Shown here: one piece after another, positions 8,780-17,807 of the stretch
Position numbering within the stretch: the first letter of the stretch is position 1
Layout of the letters: the number at the start of each line of letters is the position of its first letter
NCBI GenBank assembly: GCA_963814975.1
Contig: CAWFFB010000021.1
Location: 51,891-115,890, forward strand
Direction of reading: 5' to 3'
Length of the DNA stretch: 64,000 bases
Origin: an uncultured Acidobacteriota bacterium
GTDB taxonomy: Bacteria; Acidobacteriota; Vicinamibacteria; Vicinamibacterales; CAVVIG01
Position numbers and translations under genes: made by a program
The notes under the pieces: model-generated
Told to the model about the DNA's origin: nothing
Database searches by the model: none
What the model saw: only the letters and a program-made list of their open reading frames with translations

Positions 8780-9841
8780 ATGCCGTTTCGAGAGGTCATT
8801 GGTCACCGTAAGCTTGTTGCCCTGCTGGCGCGAGCCGTCCATCATGGGTCGCTGCCACCCAGTCTGATCCTCGGCGGTCCGTCCGGCGTCGGTAAGCGTC
8901 TGCTGGCCGTTGCCACTGCCCAGCTCTTGAACTGTCCGAACGTCGGGCGCTCAAGGTCGGACACCCAACACCCAATATCGGAGGTCGAACGCCGAGCGTC
9001 GAACGAAGAGGTGCCGGCGGATGCGTGCGGGGTCTGCGCGACGTGCACCCGCATCGCTCGTGGCGTCCACCCCGACGTGCTCATCGTCGAACCCGGCGAT
9101 AGCGGCACCATCAAGGTCGACCAGGTGCGCGAGCTCATCGATCGCGCGGCCTACCGTCCGTTCGAAGGGCGCCGGCGGGTGGTGATCATCGACGAAGCGG
9201 ACGCGCTGGTTCCGGCGGCCCAGAACGCGCTCCTGAAGACGCTCGAGGAGCCGCCCTCGATGTCGGTCTTCATGCTCATCACCGCGCGGCCGGACGCGCT
9301 GCTGCCGACGGTCCGCTCCAGGTGTCCGCGTCTGCGCTTCCGGCCGCTTGGTCCCGAAGACGTGGCGGCAGCCCTCGTGCAGCGCGGCCGAACCAGCGCC
9401 GAGGCGCGCCTGATTGCGGCGACGGCGGACGGCAGTGTCGGGCGCGCGCTCGGAGCGAGCGCCGGCGATCTCGGAGACGCGCGGGATGCAGCCGTACGCG
9501 TTCTGTCGCACGCGGCGTCCAGTAACGATCCGCAGCGGCGCATTGAAGGGGCGAAGGACCTGCTCGCGAAGACTGGCGGCGGGGGTGCTGGCGACCGCCA
9601 GCAGCTGGCCACAGAATTGCGCGCGATGGCCTCGTTGATCCGTGACGTGGCGCTCTTGTCAACCAGCGCGGATGCCCGCGCGCTCGCCAATCCCGACGTG
9701 CAGCCTGCGATCGAGCGGCTGTCGGCGTACCAGGGCGAACGCGGCATTCGCGCGTTTACGGCGGTCGATCGGGCACTGATGGCGCTGGACCGGAATGCCG
9801 GCGTCAAAGTCGTGGCGGACTGGCTGGTCCTACAGCTTTGA
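8780..9841 (+). CDS. holB: DNA polymerase III subunit delta'
   Basis: GPSGVGK, Zn module C..(insert)..CGVCATC, HPDV, IIDEAD, AQNALLKTLEEPP, LLPTVRSRC. Confidence 0.95.
   Translation: MPFREVIGHRKLVALLARAVHHGSLPPSLILGGPSGVGKRLLAVATAQLLNCPNVGRSRSDTQHPISEVERRASNEEVPADACGVCATCTRIARGVHPDVLIVEPGDSGTIKVDQVRELIDRAAYRPFEGRRRVVIIDEADALVPAAQNALLKTLEEPPSMSVFMLITARPDALLPTVRSRCPRLRFRPLGPEDVAAALVQRGRTSAEARLIAATADGSVGRALGASAGDLGDARDAAVRVLSHAASSNDPQRRIEGAKDLLAKTGGGGAGDRQQLATELRAMASLIRDVALLSTSADARALANPDVQPAIERLSAYQGERGIRAFTAVDRALMALDRNAGVKVVADWLVLQL
8936..9005 (+). repeat. Ten degenerate heptamers inside holB
   Basis: ccgaacg tcgggcg ctcaagg tcggaca cccaaca cccaata tcggagg tcgaacg ccgagcg tcgaacg, all in 7-nt register. 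Confidence 0.6.
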
Positions 9842-9842
9842 G

Positions 9843-9903
9843 AAAGTCTCAACTCTCAAGGCTCAAGTCTCACCCTGAGACTTGACACTTGAGAGTTGAG
9901 AAT
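9843..9903. repeat. Heptamer inverted array
   Basis: aagtctc aactctc aaggctc aagtctc accc tgagact tgacact tgagagt tgagaat, a near-perfect hairpin. Confidence 0.88.
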
Positions 9904-9944
9904 TTCCCGTCCTCCACCCCGAGCCGCCTATAGAAGGTGCAGCC

Positions 9945-10742
9945 GTGAGCGCATCTGATCCCGTGCGGTTCGTCTCGGTGAAGTTGACCCCGGTCGGACG
10001 TGCCCAGACCTTCCTCTTTGACGACGTTTCATCAGGCGCCGTTCCTCGCACCGGCCAGCAAGTCGTGGTTCAAACCGACGGCGGACCGGCCGTGGGAACG
10101 GTCGTGCGCTCCATTCCCCAGGTCGCCGAGCGCCGCCGCCTGCCAGCCGACTCGCCCCATCGCGTCGTCCGCCTTGCCACGCACGACGACATCGTCGCAC
10201 GCCTGAAGCAGCAGGCCCGCGAGAGGGAGGCCTACCGCATCGTCTTGATGAAGATCCACGAGCACGGGCTGGCGATAAAGCTCACGCGTGTCGAGCAGGC
10301 CTTCGACGGATCCCGGCTCGTGTGTTATTTCACGGCCGAAGCGCGCGTCGATTTCCGTGAGCTGGTGCGCGAGCTCGCCTTGGAGTTCCGTACCCGCATC
10401 GAGATGTGTCAGATGGGCGTCCGGGACGATGCCAAAGTCATCGGCGGATACGGGACCTGTGGCCGTCCGCTCTGCTGCACGACGTTCCTGAATTCCTTCG
10501 AGCCGATCTCGATCAAGATGGCGAAGCAGCAGGATCTCAGCCTCAATCCCTCGAAGCTGTCGGGACTCTGCGGCCGCTTGAAGTGTTGCCTGCGGTACGA
10601 GCTGCCAAATGCGAAGGGGCAGGTGCATGGCGGCTGCGGCAGCGAAGGCGGCTGCGACAACCCATCGGGCTGTGGGTCCGGTAGCTGTGGCTCGGGCAGC
10701 TGCGGCTCCGGCAGCTGCGGCTCCGACGGTTGTGCATCCTGA
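9945..10742 (+). CDS. PSP1/RicT (YaaT)-family protein with a Cys/Gly/Ser-rich tail
   Basis: YFTAEARVDFRELVRELA, RIEM.QMGVRDDAK.IGGYGTCGRPLCC, SIKMAKQQDLSLNPSKLSGLCGRLKCCLRYE; the usual holB-ricT synteny is present. Confidence 0.92.
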   Translation: MSASDPVRFVSVKLTPVGRAQTFLFDDVSSGAVPRTGQQVVVQTDGGPAVGTVVRSIPQVAERRRLPADSPHRVVRLATHDDIVARLKQQAREREAYRIVLMKIHEHGLAIKLTRVEQAFDGSRLVCYFTAEARVDFRELVRELALEFRTRIEMCQMGVRDDAKVIGGYGTCGRPLCCTTFLNSFEPISIKMAKQQDLSLNPSKLSGLCGRLKCCLRYELPNAKGQVHGGCGSEGGCDNPSGCGSGSCGSGSCGSGSCGSDGCAS

Positions 10743-10763
10743 GCTGCCGGACGTCTGAAGTCC

Positions 10764-10904
10764 GAACGCCGAACCGAACGCAGAACGCAGAACGTCGAAC
10801 GTCAGAACGTCGAACGCAGAACGTCGAACGTCAGAACGTCGAACGCCGAACGCACGAACGCCGAACGCCGAACGCAGAACGCCGAACGCCGAACGGAGAA
10901 CGTC
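10764..10904 (+). repeat. Tandem GAACG(YC/CA) heptamer array, about 20 units
   Basis: gaacgcc gaacc gaacgca gaacgca gaacgtc gaacgtca gaacgtc ... gaacgga gaacgtc fills the whole ricT-pdxA spacer. Confidence 0.95.
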
Positions 10905-10908
10905 TGGA

Positions 10909-11805
10909 ATGCGGAAGCCCCGCGTGGCGATCACGGTCGGTGACCCGGCGGGCATCGGCCCGGAAGTCGCGGCGCGCGCGGCGGCCGATCGATCCGTGCT
11001 CGAGGTCTGCGAGCCCGTGCTCTACACCCCGCCGGCGGGCGCTGTGTTCGCGGCCGGCGTCCTCAGCGCAGACGCCGGTCGCGCCGCGTACGATCTGCTG
11101 GTTCGCGCGGCCGGCGACGCGCTGCACGGCGCCGTGGATGCCGTGGCGACCGCGCCCATCAACAAGGAAGCGTTCCGGCTTGCCGGCCTTCCCTGGTCGG
11201 GACACACCGATCTGCTGGCGCATCTCACCGGCGCGAGCCACGTGGCCATGATGTTTTACTCCGACGCCTTGCGGGTCGTGCTGGCGACGGTGCACATCGC
11301 GCTGGCGGACGTGCCGCGCGCGTTGACGCAGGCGTCGCTGGAATCGACGATTGCGCTGACGGCCCGTGAATTTCCCCGGTTCGGCGTTCCGGCGCCCCGC
11401 ATCGGCGTGGCGGGCCTCAATCCCCACGCAGGCGAGCATGGGTTGTTCGGTGAGGAAGAAAATCGCGTCATCCGGCCCGCGATTGCGGCCTGCCGCGCGA
11501 AAGGGATCGACGTGTCGGGTCCCTTTCCGGGCGATACGATTTTCGTGCGCGCCATTCGCGGCGAATTCGACGTCGTCGTCGCCTGCTATCACGATCAAGG
11601 GCTGATTCCGGTGAAGCTGGTCGCGTTCGGCCAGGCCGTGAACCTCACTCTCGGTCTGCCGATCGTGCGGACTTCCGTCGATCACGGTACGGCGTTCGAT
11701 ATCGCCGGCCGGGGCGTGGCCGATCCGGGCAGTATGATTGCGGCGGTGCGGTTGGCGGCACGGCTGGCGTCACGGACCGTCACCGCAGAGGGCGCACCCG
11801 AGTAA
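10909..11805 (+). CDS. pdxA: 4-hydroxythreonine-4-phosphate dehydrogenase
   Basis: AITVGDPAGIGPE, TAPINKE, GHTD, GLNPHAGE, YHDQGLIPVK, RTSVDHGTAFDIAG. Confidence 0.95.
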   Translation: MRKPRVAITVGDPAGIGPEVAARAAADRSVLEVCEPVLYTPPAGAVFAAGVLSADAGRAAYDLLVRAAGDALHGAVDAVATAPINKEAFRLAGLPWSGHTDLLAHLTGASHVAMMFYSDALRVVLATVHIALADVPRALTQASLESTIALTAREFPRFGVPAPRIGVAGLNPHAGEHGLFGEEENRVIRPAIAACRAKGIDVSGPFPGDTIFVRAIRGEFDVVVACYHDQGLIPVKLVAFGQAVNLTLGLPIVRTSVDHGTAFDIAGRGVADPGSMIAAVRLAARLASRTVTAEGAPE

Positions 11806-11868
11806 GCACGCCTTCACGCGGACCTGGCCAACCGCGGGGACTATTTTTCTCTGTGCGTTCTCTGCGAT
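11782..11868. repeat. Nonamer-type (CGCAGAG) inverted repeat overlapping the pdxA stop
   Basis: accgcagag ggcgcaccc ... ctctgtgcg ttctctgcgat. Confidence 0.45.
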
Positions 11869-11870
11869 CG

Positions 11871-11915
11871 AAAAGTCTCAAGTCTGAAGTCTCAAGTCTG
11901 ATTAGACCTTGGAGG
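11871..11915. repeat. Heptamer array (AAGTCTC/AAGTCTG)
   Basis: aagtctc aagtctg aagtctc aagtctg attagacctt. Confidence 0.8.
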
Positions 11916-11973
11916 ATTAAAGATTCGGATTTGTGACTATCCTCTGTTTGTGCGGAGTGTCTTGCGTTCGGAC

Positions 11974-12047
11974 GCAGTGTCCGGCTCTAGCCGGACCACC
12001 ATAATGCAGTAGCCGGCTTTGGTCGTAGTGCTGACCTTCAGGTCTGC
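11974..12047. repeat. GTAG-type REP-like palindromes
   Basis: gcagtgtccggctctagccggac and gtagtgctgaccttcaggtctgc: a G(T/C)AG tetranucleotide followed by a hairpin with a short loop. Confidence 0.7.
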
Positions 12048-12078
12048 CGCCCGCGACGCCGGGGTTGACGTCGTTTCT

Positions 12079-12555
12079 ATGCAGGAAAAGACCGAACGTG
12101 AGCTGGCACAATCCAGCATCGCCGAAAATCGCAAGGCCTACCACGATTATCACCTCCTCGAGACATTCGAGGCGGGCATCGCCCTTCTGGGCACCGAGGT
12201 GAAGGCGATCCGCGAGGGGCGCGTGAACCTCCGCGACAGCTTTGCGCGCGTCGAAAACGGCGAAGTGTTCTTGTACAACGTCAACATCAGCCCGTACAGT
12301 CATCGAGGCTCAGCCGATCACGAGCCGCTGCGCCGCCGGAAGCTCCTCCTGCACCGCGAGGAGATCCGCAAGTTGATTGGCAAGACCGTCGAGAAGGGCA
12401 TGACGCTCGTGGCCGTGCGGATGTACTTCAAGAACGGCCGTGTGAAGGTGGCGGTCAGCCTGGCCAAGGGCAAGAAAGAGTACGACAAGCGCGAGACGAT
12501 CAAACGCCGGGAAGTCGATCGCGAGACCCGGGCGGCGATCAAGTCGCGGCGTTGA
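12079..12555 (+). CDS. smpB: SsrA-binding protein SmpB
   Basis: [54 protein letters not shown]. Confidence 0.97.
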   Translation: MQEKTERELAQSSIAENRKAYHDYHLLETFEAGIALLGTEVKAIREGRVNLRDSFARVENGEVFLYNVNISPYSHRGSADHEPLRRRKLLLHREEIRKLIGKTVEKGMTLVAVRMYFKNGRVKVAVSLAKGKKEYDKRETIKRREVDRETRAAIKSRR

Positions 12556-12566
12556 CCTTGACGTCA

Positions 12567-12634
12567 ACCACGAAGTTACGACGAGCACGAAAACTGGTTG
12601 CCCCAAGGTTTCGTGTCCTTCGTGCCTTCGTGGT
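12567..12634. repeat. Nonamer (CACGAAG) inverted array
   Basis: accacgaag ttacgacga gcacgaaaa ... tttcgtgtc cttcgtgc cttcgtggt. Confidence 0.75.
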
Positions 12635-12651
12635 CTAATAGTCAGCCGCAC

Positions 12652-13788
12652 ATGCCTTTAAAAGTTCCGCTCCTGGATCTTCAGGCGCAGTATCTGCCGC
12701 TTCGTGATGACATCCTCTCGGCCCTCACGCGGGTCTGCGACAGTCAGCGGTTCATCATGGGCGCCGAAATCGCAGCGTTCGAGCGCGATCTGGCGAAGAT
12801 GTTGAGCGTCGAGCACGCCATCGGGGTGTCGTCCGGGACCGATGCGCTGCTGCTGTCGCTGATGGCGCTGGGCGTGCAGGCGGGTGACGAGGTCATCACG
12901 TCCACCTACTCGTTCTTCGCCACGGCCGGCGCAATCGCCCGGTTGGGCGCACGCCCCGTGCTCGTCGATATCGATCCCGTCACGTTCAACATCGACCCGT
13001 CGCGCATTCCGGCCGTTATCACCCCGCGAACCAAGGCGATGATCCCCGTTCACCTCTTCGGTCTGAGCGCGGATCTCGACCCGATCCTGGAGGCAGCGTC
13101 GCGGTCGGGTGTGCCGGTTGTCGAGGATGCCGCCCAGGCCATCGGCGCCACGTACAAGTCGCGTCCCGTCGGTGGATTCGGAGCCTTCGGCTGTTTTTCG
13201 TTCTTCCCGAGCAAGAACCTGGGCGCTTTCGGCGACGCCGGCCTGATGACGACCAACGATGCCGGGCTGGCCAAGCGGGCCCGCTTGCTCCGGACCCACG
13301 GAATGGAGCCGAGGTACTACCACCAGCTCGTCGGCGGCAACTTTCGCATGGACGAAGTACAGGCGGCGGTGCTGCGGGTGAAGGCACCGCATCTGGCGGC
13401 CTGGACCGAAGCGCGGCGACTGAATGCGTCCCGCTACGTCCGTATGTTCAGAGATGCCGGCCTCGAAGGGCGAGTGACGCTGCCACCGGAGACCGAGGGC
13501 TGCCGTCACATCTTCAACCAGTTCGTCATCCGCACATCGGAACGGGATGGCCTCAAGCGTCACCTGGCCGAGCGCGGCATCGGCAGCGAGATCTATTATC
13601 CGGTTCCTTTCCACCTTCAACCCTGCTTCGCGGATCTCGGATATCGCGCTGGCGACTTCCCCAACGCGGAACGGGCGGCAGCCGAGAGCCTGGCGATTCC
13701 CATTTACGGCGAGCTGGCCGTGGAGCAACAGCAGGCGGTTGTGGACACGATCGCCGAGTTTGTGACCGCGTCCGCCGGCCACCGATAA
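12652..13788 (+). CDS. DegT/DnrJ/EryC1/StrS sugar aminotransferase
   Basis: [38 protein letters not shown] (PLP lysine), [12 protein letters not shown]. Confidence 0.95.
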   Translation: MPLKVPLLDLQAQYLPLRDDILSALTRVCDSQRFIMGAEIAAFERDLAKMLSVEHAIGVSSGTDALLLSLMALGVQAGDEVITSTYSFFATAGAIARLGARPVLVDIDPVTFNIDPSRIPAVITPRTKAMIPVHLFGLSADLDPILEAASRSGVPVVEDAAQAIGATYKSRPVGGFGAFGCFSFFPSKNLGAFGDAGLMTTNDAGLAKRARLLRTHGMEPRYYHQLVGGNFRMDEVQAAVLRVKAPHLAAWTEARRLNASRYVRMFRDAGLEGRVTLPPETEGCRHIFNQFVIRTSERDGLKRHLAERGIGSEIYYPVPFHLQPCFADLGYRAGDFPNAERAAAESLAIPIYGELAVEQQQAVVDTIAEFVTASAGHR

Positions 13789-14654
13789 TGCGAATCGCCG
13801 TTGTCGGCGCTCGGGGCCAGCTCGGCGCCGCCCTCGTGGCCGAGTTCCTGCCGTCCCACGAGGTCACCGCGCTCGGCCGCGCCGATCTTGACATCACAGA
13901 CGGCGCCGGGGTGGATGCGGCGATGACGCGGCTGCGGCCGGAACTGATCGTCAACTGCGCGTACAACGGCGACGTCGACGGCGCGGAAGACCGTCCCGTT
14001 GAAGCGCTGCGGGCCAACGCCTTCGGCGTCAGGGCCCTGGCGCGGGCCGCGTCGGCGTCGGGCGCGGCGCTGGTGCACTACAGCAGCGATTTCATCTTTG
14101 ACGGAACCGCGGGCCGGCCTTATACCGAGGACGACCGGCCGAATCCGCGCAGCGTCTACGCGGTGTCGAAGATGCTGGGGGAATGGTTCGCGAGTGACGC
14201 ACCGCGCGCGTACGTGCTGCGCGTCGAGAGCCTGTTCGGGCGGGCGCCGAACGGTCCCCCGCCAAAGGGGAGCGTTGCCGCGATCCTGAAGACGATGCAG
14301 GAGGGTGGGGAGCCGACGGTGTTCGAGGATCGGACGGTGTCGCCCACCTACGTGCTCGACGCCGCCCGCGCGACGCGGCGGCTCGTGGAGGCAGGAGCGG
14401 CGCCGGGCGTGTACCACTGCGTGAATTCGGGGCACTGCACCTGGCTGGGGTTCGCGCGCGAGCTGGCGCGTCAGCTGGGGATCGAGCCCCGGCTCAAGCC
14501 GGTACGAATGGCCGATGTCCCGCTTCGCGCCGCTCGTCCGCAGTACTGCGCGCTGTCGAACGAAAAGCTCGCGTCGATCGGCATCGGCATGCCCTCATGG
14601 CAGGACGCACTTCATCGATACCTGCAGGTCTCGAGGCTCAAGTCTCAAGTCTGA
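13788..14654 (+). CDS. rfbD: dTDP-4-dehydrorhamnose reductase
   Basis: GARGQLG, DGAE, HYSSDFIFDG, PYTEDD.PNP.SVYAVSK, AARPQYCAL. Confidence 0.9.
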   Translation: MRIAVVGARGQLGAALVAEFLPSHEVTALGRADLDITDGAGVDAAMTRLRPELIVNCAYNGDVDGAEDRPVEALRANAFGVRALARAASASGAALVHYSSDFIFDGTAGRPYTEDDRPNPRSVYAVSKMLGEWFASDAPRAYVLRVESLFGRAPNGPPPKGSVAAILKTMQEGGEPTVFEDRTVSPTYVLDAARATRRLVEAGAAPGVYHCVNSGHCTWLGFARELARQLGIEPRLKPVRMADVPLRAARPQYCALSNEKLASIGIGMPSWQDALHRYLQVSRLKSQV

Positions 14655-14682
14655 TCAGACTTCAGGTTTGAGATTCAGGGTT
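14626..14682. repeat. Heptamer inverted array between convergent genes
   Basis: caggtctc gaggctc aagtctc aagtctg at cagactt caggttt gagattc agggttt. Confidence 0.85.
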
Positions 14683-14686
14683 TCGT

Positions 14687-15785
14687 TCAGCGCGCGTCGT
14701 TGACGATGTCGCTCACCAGGTGCCCGACCGCCAGACACGCCGTCAGGCCCGGCGATTCGATTCCGGCGGCGTGAACGACTGCCGGGTTGTGCCGATCGCG
14801 GCGAATCAGAAAGTCGGCGAATGATTCCTCTGGCGGGTGCAGCTTGGGACGAATACCACTGCCTGCCAGCCGCAAATCCGCGAGCGTCACCTCACGCAAC
14901 AGACGACGGGCCGGTTCCACGAACGCTTCAACCGGCAATCGGTCACGCTCGTAATCGTCTTTGTGCTCTTGATACCGCGTCGTTGGTCCGAGCCATACCG
15001 CGCCGTCGGTCGTGCGGACCAGGTGCACGCCCAGGCCGTGGCCAGCCGCGTGCGGCAACGGATATACCAGAGATCTCACCAGCGGCCGTTTTGCGGGCGT
15101 GAGCTCCGCATATTCGCCCCGACACGGATAGATGGTGAAAGCCTCGCCTCCGAGCGTCCGCGAGACGTCGTCCGCATACAGTCCTGCGGCGTTGACAACT
15201 TGGCGCGCCAGGATCGTTTCACGCTCGGTCCGAATCGCCATGCCGTCGCTGAGCACTTTCCGCGCCCTGCAATCTGGTGCCCGGGAGAAACACGACGCCG
15301 GCCGCTTCTCCCAGGCGAAGCAGTGTCTTGACCAGTTCTTCGGCGTCGACGATCCCGCTCTCCGGTGAGTATAGGGCCGCAACCGCGTGGACGGACGGCT
15401 CACGAGCCGCGACAAACGCCGAGTCGACGAGTGCCAGCCCCTCGACACCGTTGGCCTGTCCACGCACGAACAGCGCCTCGAGCGCCGCGATCTCCCGATG
15501 CTCGCTTGCGACGATGATCTTGCCGGTACGGGCGTGCGCCACGCCGTGCGTGGCGCAGAACTCGTAGAGACGCCGCCGGCCTTGCATGCATAGGGCCGAT
15601 TTCAGTGTGCCGGCCGGGTAGTAGATTCCGGCGTGAATGACGCCGCTGTTGTGCGTGCTCGTGTCGAGTCCAGGCCGTGGATGCCGCTCGAGCACGCAGG
15701 TCGACAGCCCTCGAGCGGCGATCGCCAGCGCCGATGCGAGACCCGTGACACCCGCCCCGATTACCGCGACGTCGATTCGCTCCAC
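14687..15785 (-). CDS. FAD-dependent oxidoreductase, L-2-hydroxyglutarate oxidase-like (one frameshift near 15270)
   Basis: [60 protein letters not shown], spread across two frames. Confidence 0.88.
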
Positions 15786-15805
15786 GAATGAGCCACTCCG
15801 CGTAT

Positions 15806-15876
15806 TGAAGTCTGAAAACCTGGAATCTGAAGTCTGAAGTCTGATCGGGTGTCACGCTTCAGATTTCAGGCTTTCC
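15806..15876. repeat. Heptamer inverted array
   Basis: tgaagtc tgaaaacc tggaatc tgaagtc tgaagtc tga ... cttcagatttcaggctttc. Confidence 0.8.
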
Positions 15877-16836
15877 TGAACGTCTGACGCGTACTTGAGT
15901 GCGAACTCCTGCTTCGCGGTTCATGTTGACGATCAGGTCGGCCAGCAAACCGGTGAAGACGATTTGTCCTCCGACGAGAACCAGCAACACGCCGAAACTC
16001 AGGAGCGGCCTGGTGCCGATGGGAATCCCACGGAACCACAGCACCGTCAAGTACATCAGAGCGGCGAAGCCAACCGCGAAGAGCAGCGAGCCGATCCTTC
16101 CGAAGAAATGAAGGGGCCTGGTCGTGTACTTGATGAGGAAGAACAGCGTCAGCAGATCTGGAACTTCGGTGAGGATCTTCGTTGCGCGGTACTTCGAGAC
16201 GCCGTACTTCCGCTGGTGGTGCCTGACCGGGACCTCCGCGACGCGATAGCCCATTTCTCTCACGATCAGAGGGATGAAGCGGTGCATGCCGCCGTAGAGC
16301 GGCAGTTCCCTGGTGACATCGGCCCTGTAGAGCTTCATGCCGCTGTTCATGTCCTTGAACGAGACCCCGAACAGCATGCGCACGACAACCAGGTTGAACA
16401 CCTTCGAGGAGATCACCTTCAAGATGCTGTCCCGCCGCTCCCGTCTCCATCCGCTGACCATGTCCACCTGCTCCCGGGTCAGGTACTCGTACATCTGCGC
16501 GACATCGTGCGGGTCGTCCTGGAGGTCGGCGTCCATCGTCACCACGTAATCGCCGGCCGCCTTGCGGAAGCCGCATTCGAGGGCCGGCGACTTGCCGAGC
16601 TTTCGTCGAAAGGAGAAGACCCGGACCTGCGGATGGGTGCGCGCGAGCCGTTTCAGCTTTTCGAGCGTGTCGTCGGTCGAGCCGTCGTCGACGAAGAGCA
16701 TCTCATGGTCGCCGTCCAGAGATCCCATGGCGGTTTCGATGGACGTGACGAGCTCATCGATGCTTTCGCGCTCGTTGTGGACGGGGATGACAATCGAAAA
16801 CGTCGGTGAGGAAGACCGGGACTGTATGGTGATCAC
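15859..16836 (-). CDS. GT2 polyprenyl-phosphate glycosyltransferase (ArnC/GtrB-like)
   Basis: SIVIPVHNE, VDDGSTD, MDADLQDDP, GMHRFIP and two C-terminal TM helices; GATAAT lies 7 nt upstream of the GTG. Confidence 0.92.
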   Translation of the reverse strand: MITIQSRSSSPTFSIVIPVHNERESIDELVTSIETAMGSLDGDHEMLFVDDGSTDDTLEKLKRLARTHPQVRVFSFRRKLGKSPALECGFRKAAGDYVVTMDADLQDDPHDVAQMYEYLTREQVDMVSGWRRERRDSILKVISSKVFNLVVVRMLFGVSFKDMNSGMKLYRADVTRELPLYGGMHRFIPLIVREMGYRVAEVPVRHHQRKYGVSKYRATKILTEVPDLLTLFFLIKYTTRPLHFFGRIGSLLFAVGFAALMYLTVLWFRGIPIGTRPLLSFGVLLVLVGGQIVFTGLLADLIVNMNREAGVRTQVRVRRSGKPEI

Positions 16837-16941
16837 CGGCGGGATTATCGATCGCCTGCCGCGCCGAAGTCCAACGACCCAGTCACCGCCATGATCCGGC
16901 GATGACTGCGGCGCTCCCCGGCGTGCGATCCCGAGAGCGTC

Positions 16942-17565
16942 TCATTTGAGGATCGCAATCGAGAAGGCAGGATCTCCCCGCGGGGTTGCAGGGCTGTAGT
17001 TGACCCGCACGTCGTTTGTCCCGAAGGTCTTGAGAACCCGCCAGCGCTGCGAGAGCTTGTTCAGGCCGTCCGCCAGATCCTGGCCGGCGTAGCGTTCGTC
17101 GGCGCCCCAGTGCGGCACCATGATGACGGCTGGCCCAGCACCCCGGCCACCACAGCGTTGAGTCCATCCGTATCGCGGGCCGCTTTGAGGTCGACGACCA
17201 TCACGTGCCGGCCGGCTTTCTCGAGCTTTCGCGTGTCGAAGTTGAGGTGTGCCGGCACGACGATCGTCCATTCGGGTTGAATCCGCGCGTCTATCCATGC
17301 CTGTGCCAGATTTCGGGAGTCCGTGCGATCGCGGACAAGGTCGGCGAAGTGCCACACCGGCAACGTGATGAACGCCAGAACAAGGAAAGCGAGCATGCGC
17401 GTCCGCCGCCCGACCCTCTGCGTGACCCATCCTCGACGGGCAGCCAGACGAAGCGCCCAACCATGCAGGGAAATCAGGCCGAAGGCCGCGAACATGGCCA
17501 TGAGCGGCTGCACGCTCAGCGCGTTCCGTTCGAAATGCACCCGCTGAGACGCCAGCAGAGCGGAT
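16942..17565 (-). pseudogene. C-terminal fragment of a GT-C (ArnT/PMT-like) membrane glycosyltransferase
   Basis: LLASQRVHFERNALSVQPLMAMFAAFG...DSRNLAQAWIDARI...; no N-terminal half or start is evident, and there is an internal frameshift. Confidence 0.5.
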
Positions 17566-17807
17566 CGCCCGACACAGGCTCGCGCGTCACCAACCGAGTC
17601 ATGATGCTTGATCCACCTGCCCATGCGTTCATGAGATGCGTCAGCGATTCCCTCGTTGCTGAAGCGGGGTGTGACGGCCAAAGGCCGCGACGTTCGCCAG
17701 CTGCTGCTCGCCCATCGTTGGCAGTCGCACCGGGGTTTCCCAGTCTACTCTCCTCCGGCGCCTCGCTTCTCACACGTGAGACGAGAGCGGGCGACGTCGA
17801 CGGGCAG

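Noticed and set aside
10764-10904. CRISPR array
   Set aside because: The units are 7-8 nt and contiguous, with no unique spacers, and there are no cas genes.
12019-12078. N-terminal extension of SmpB in the ORF track
   Set aside because: It is translated REP-like DNA; ATG 12079 fits the family length.
11806-12650. tmRNA (ssrA) next to smpB
   Set aside because: No tRNA-like ends or tag ORF were recognised; the spacers consist of repeats.
12652-13788. DegT aminotransferase as the missing LmbS of the octose cassette
   Set aside because: It lies over 20 kb away in a housekeeping operon, so nothing in the sequence links it to the cassette. It cannot be fully excluded.
17715-17745. Cobalamin riboswitch or group II intron 5' end (gggaaaccccggtgcgactgcc on the minus strand)
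   Set aside because: Only a few bases match. There is no B12 box or intron domain V, and the gene context is unrelated.
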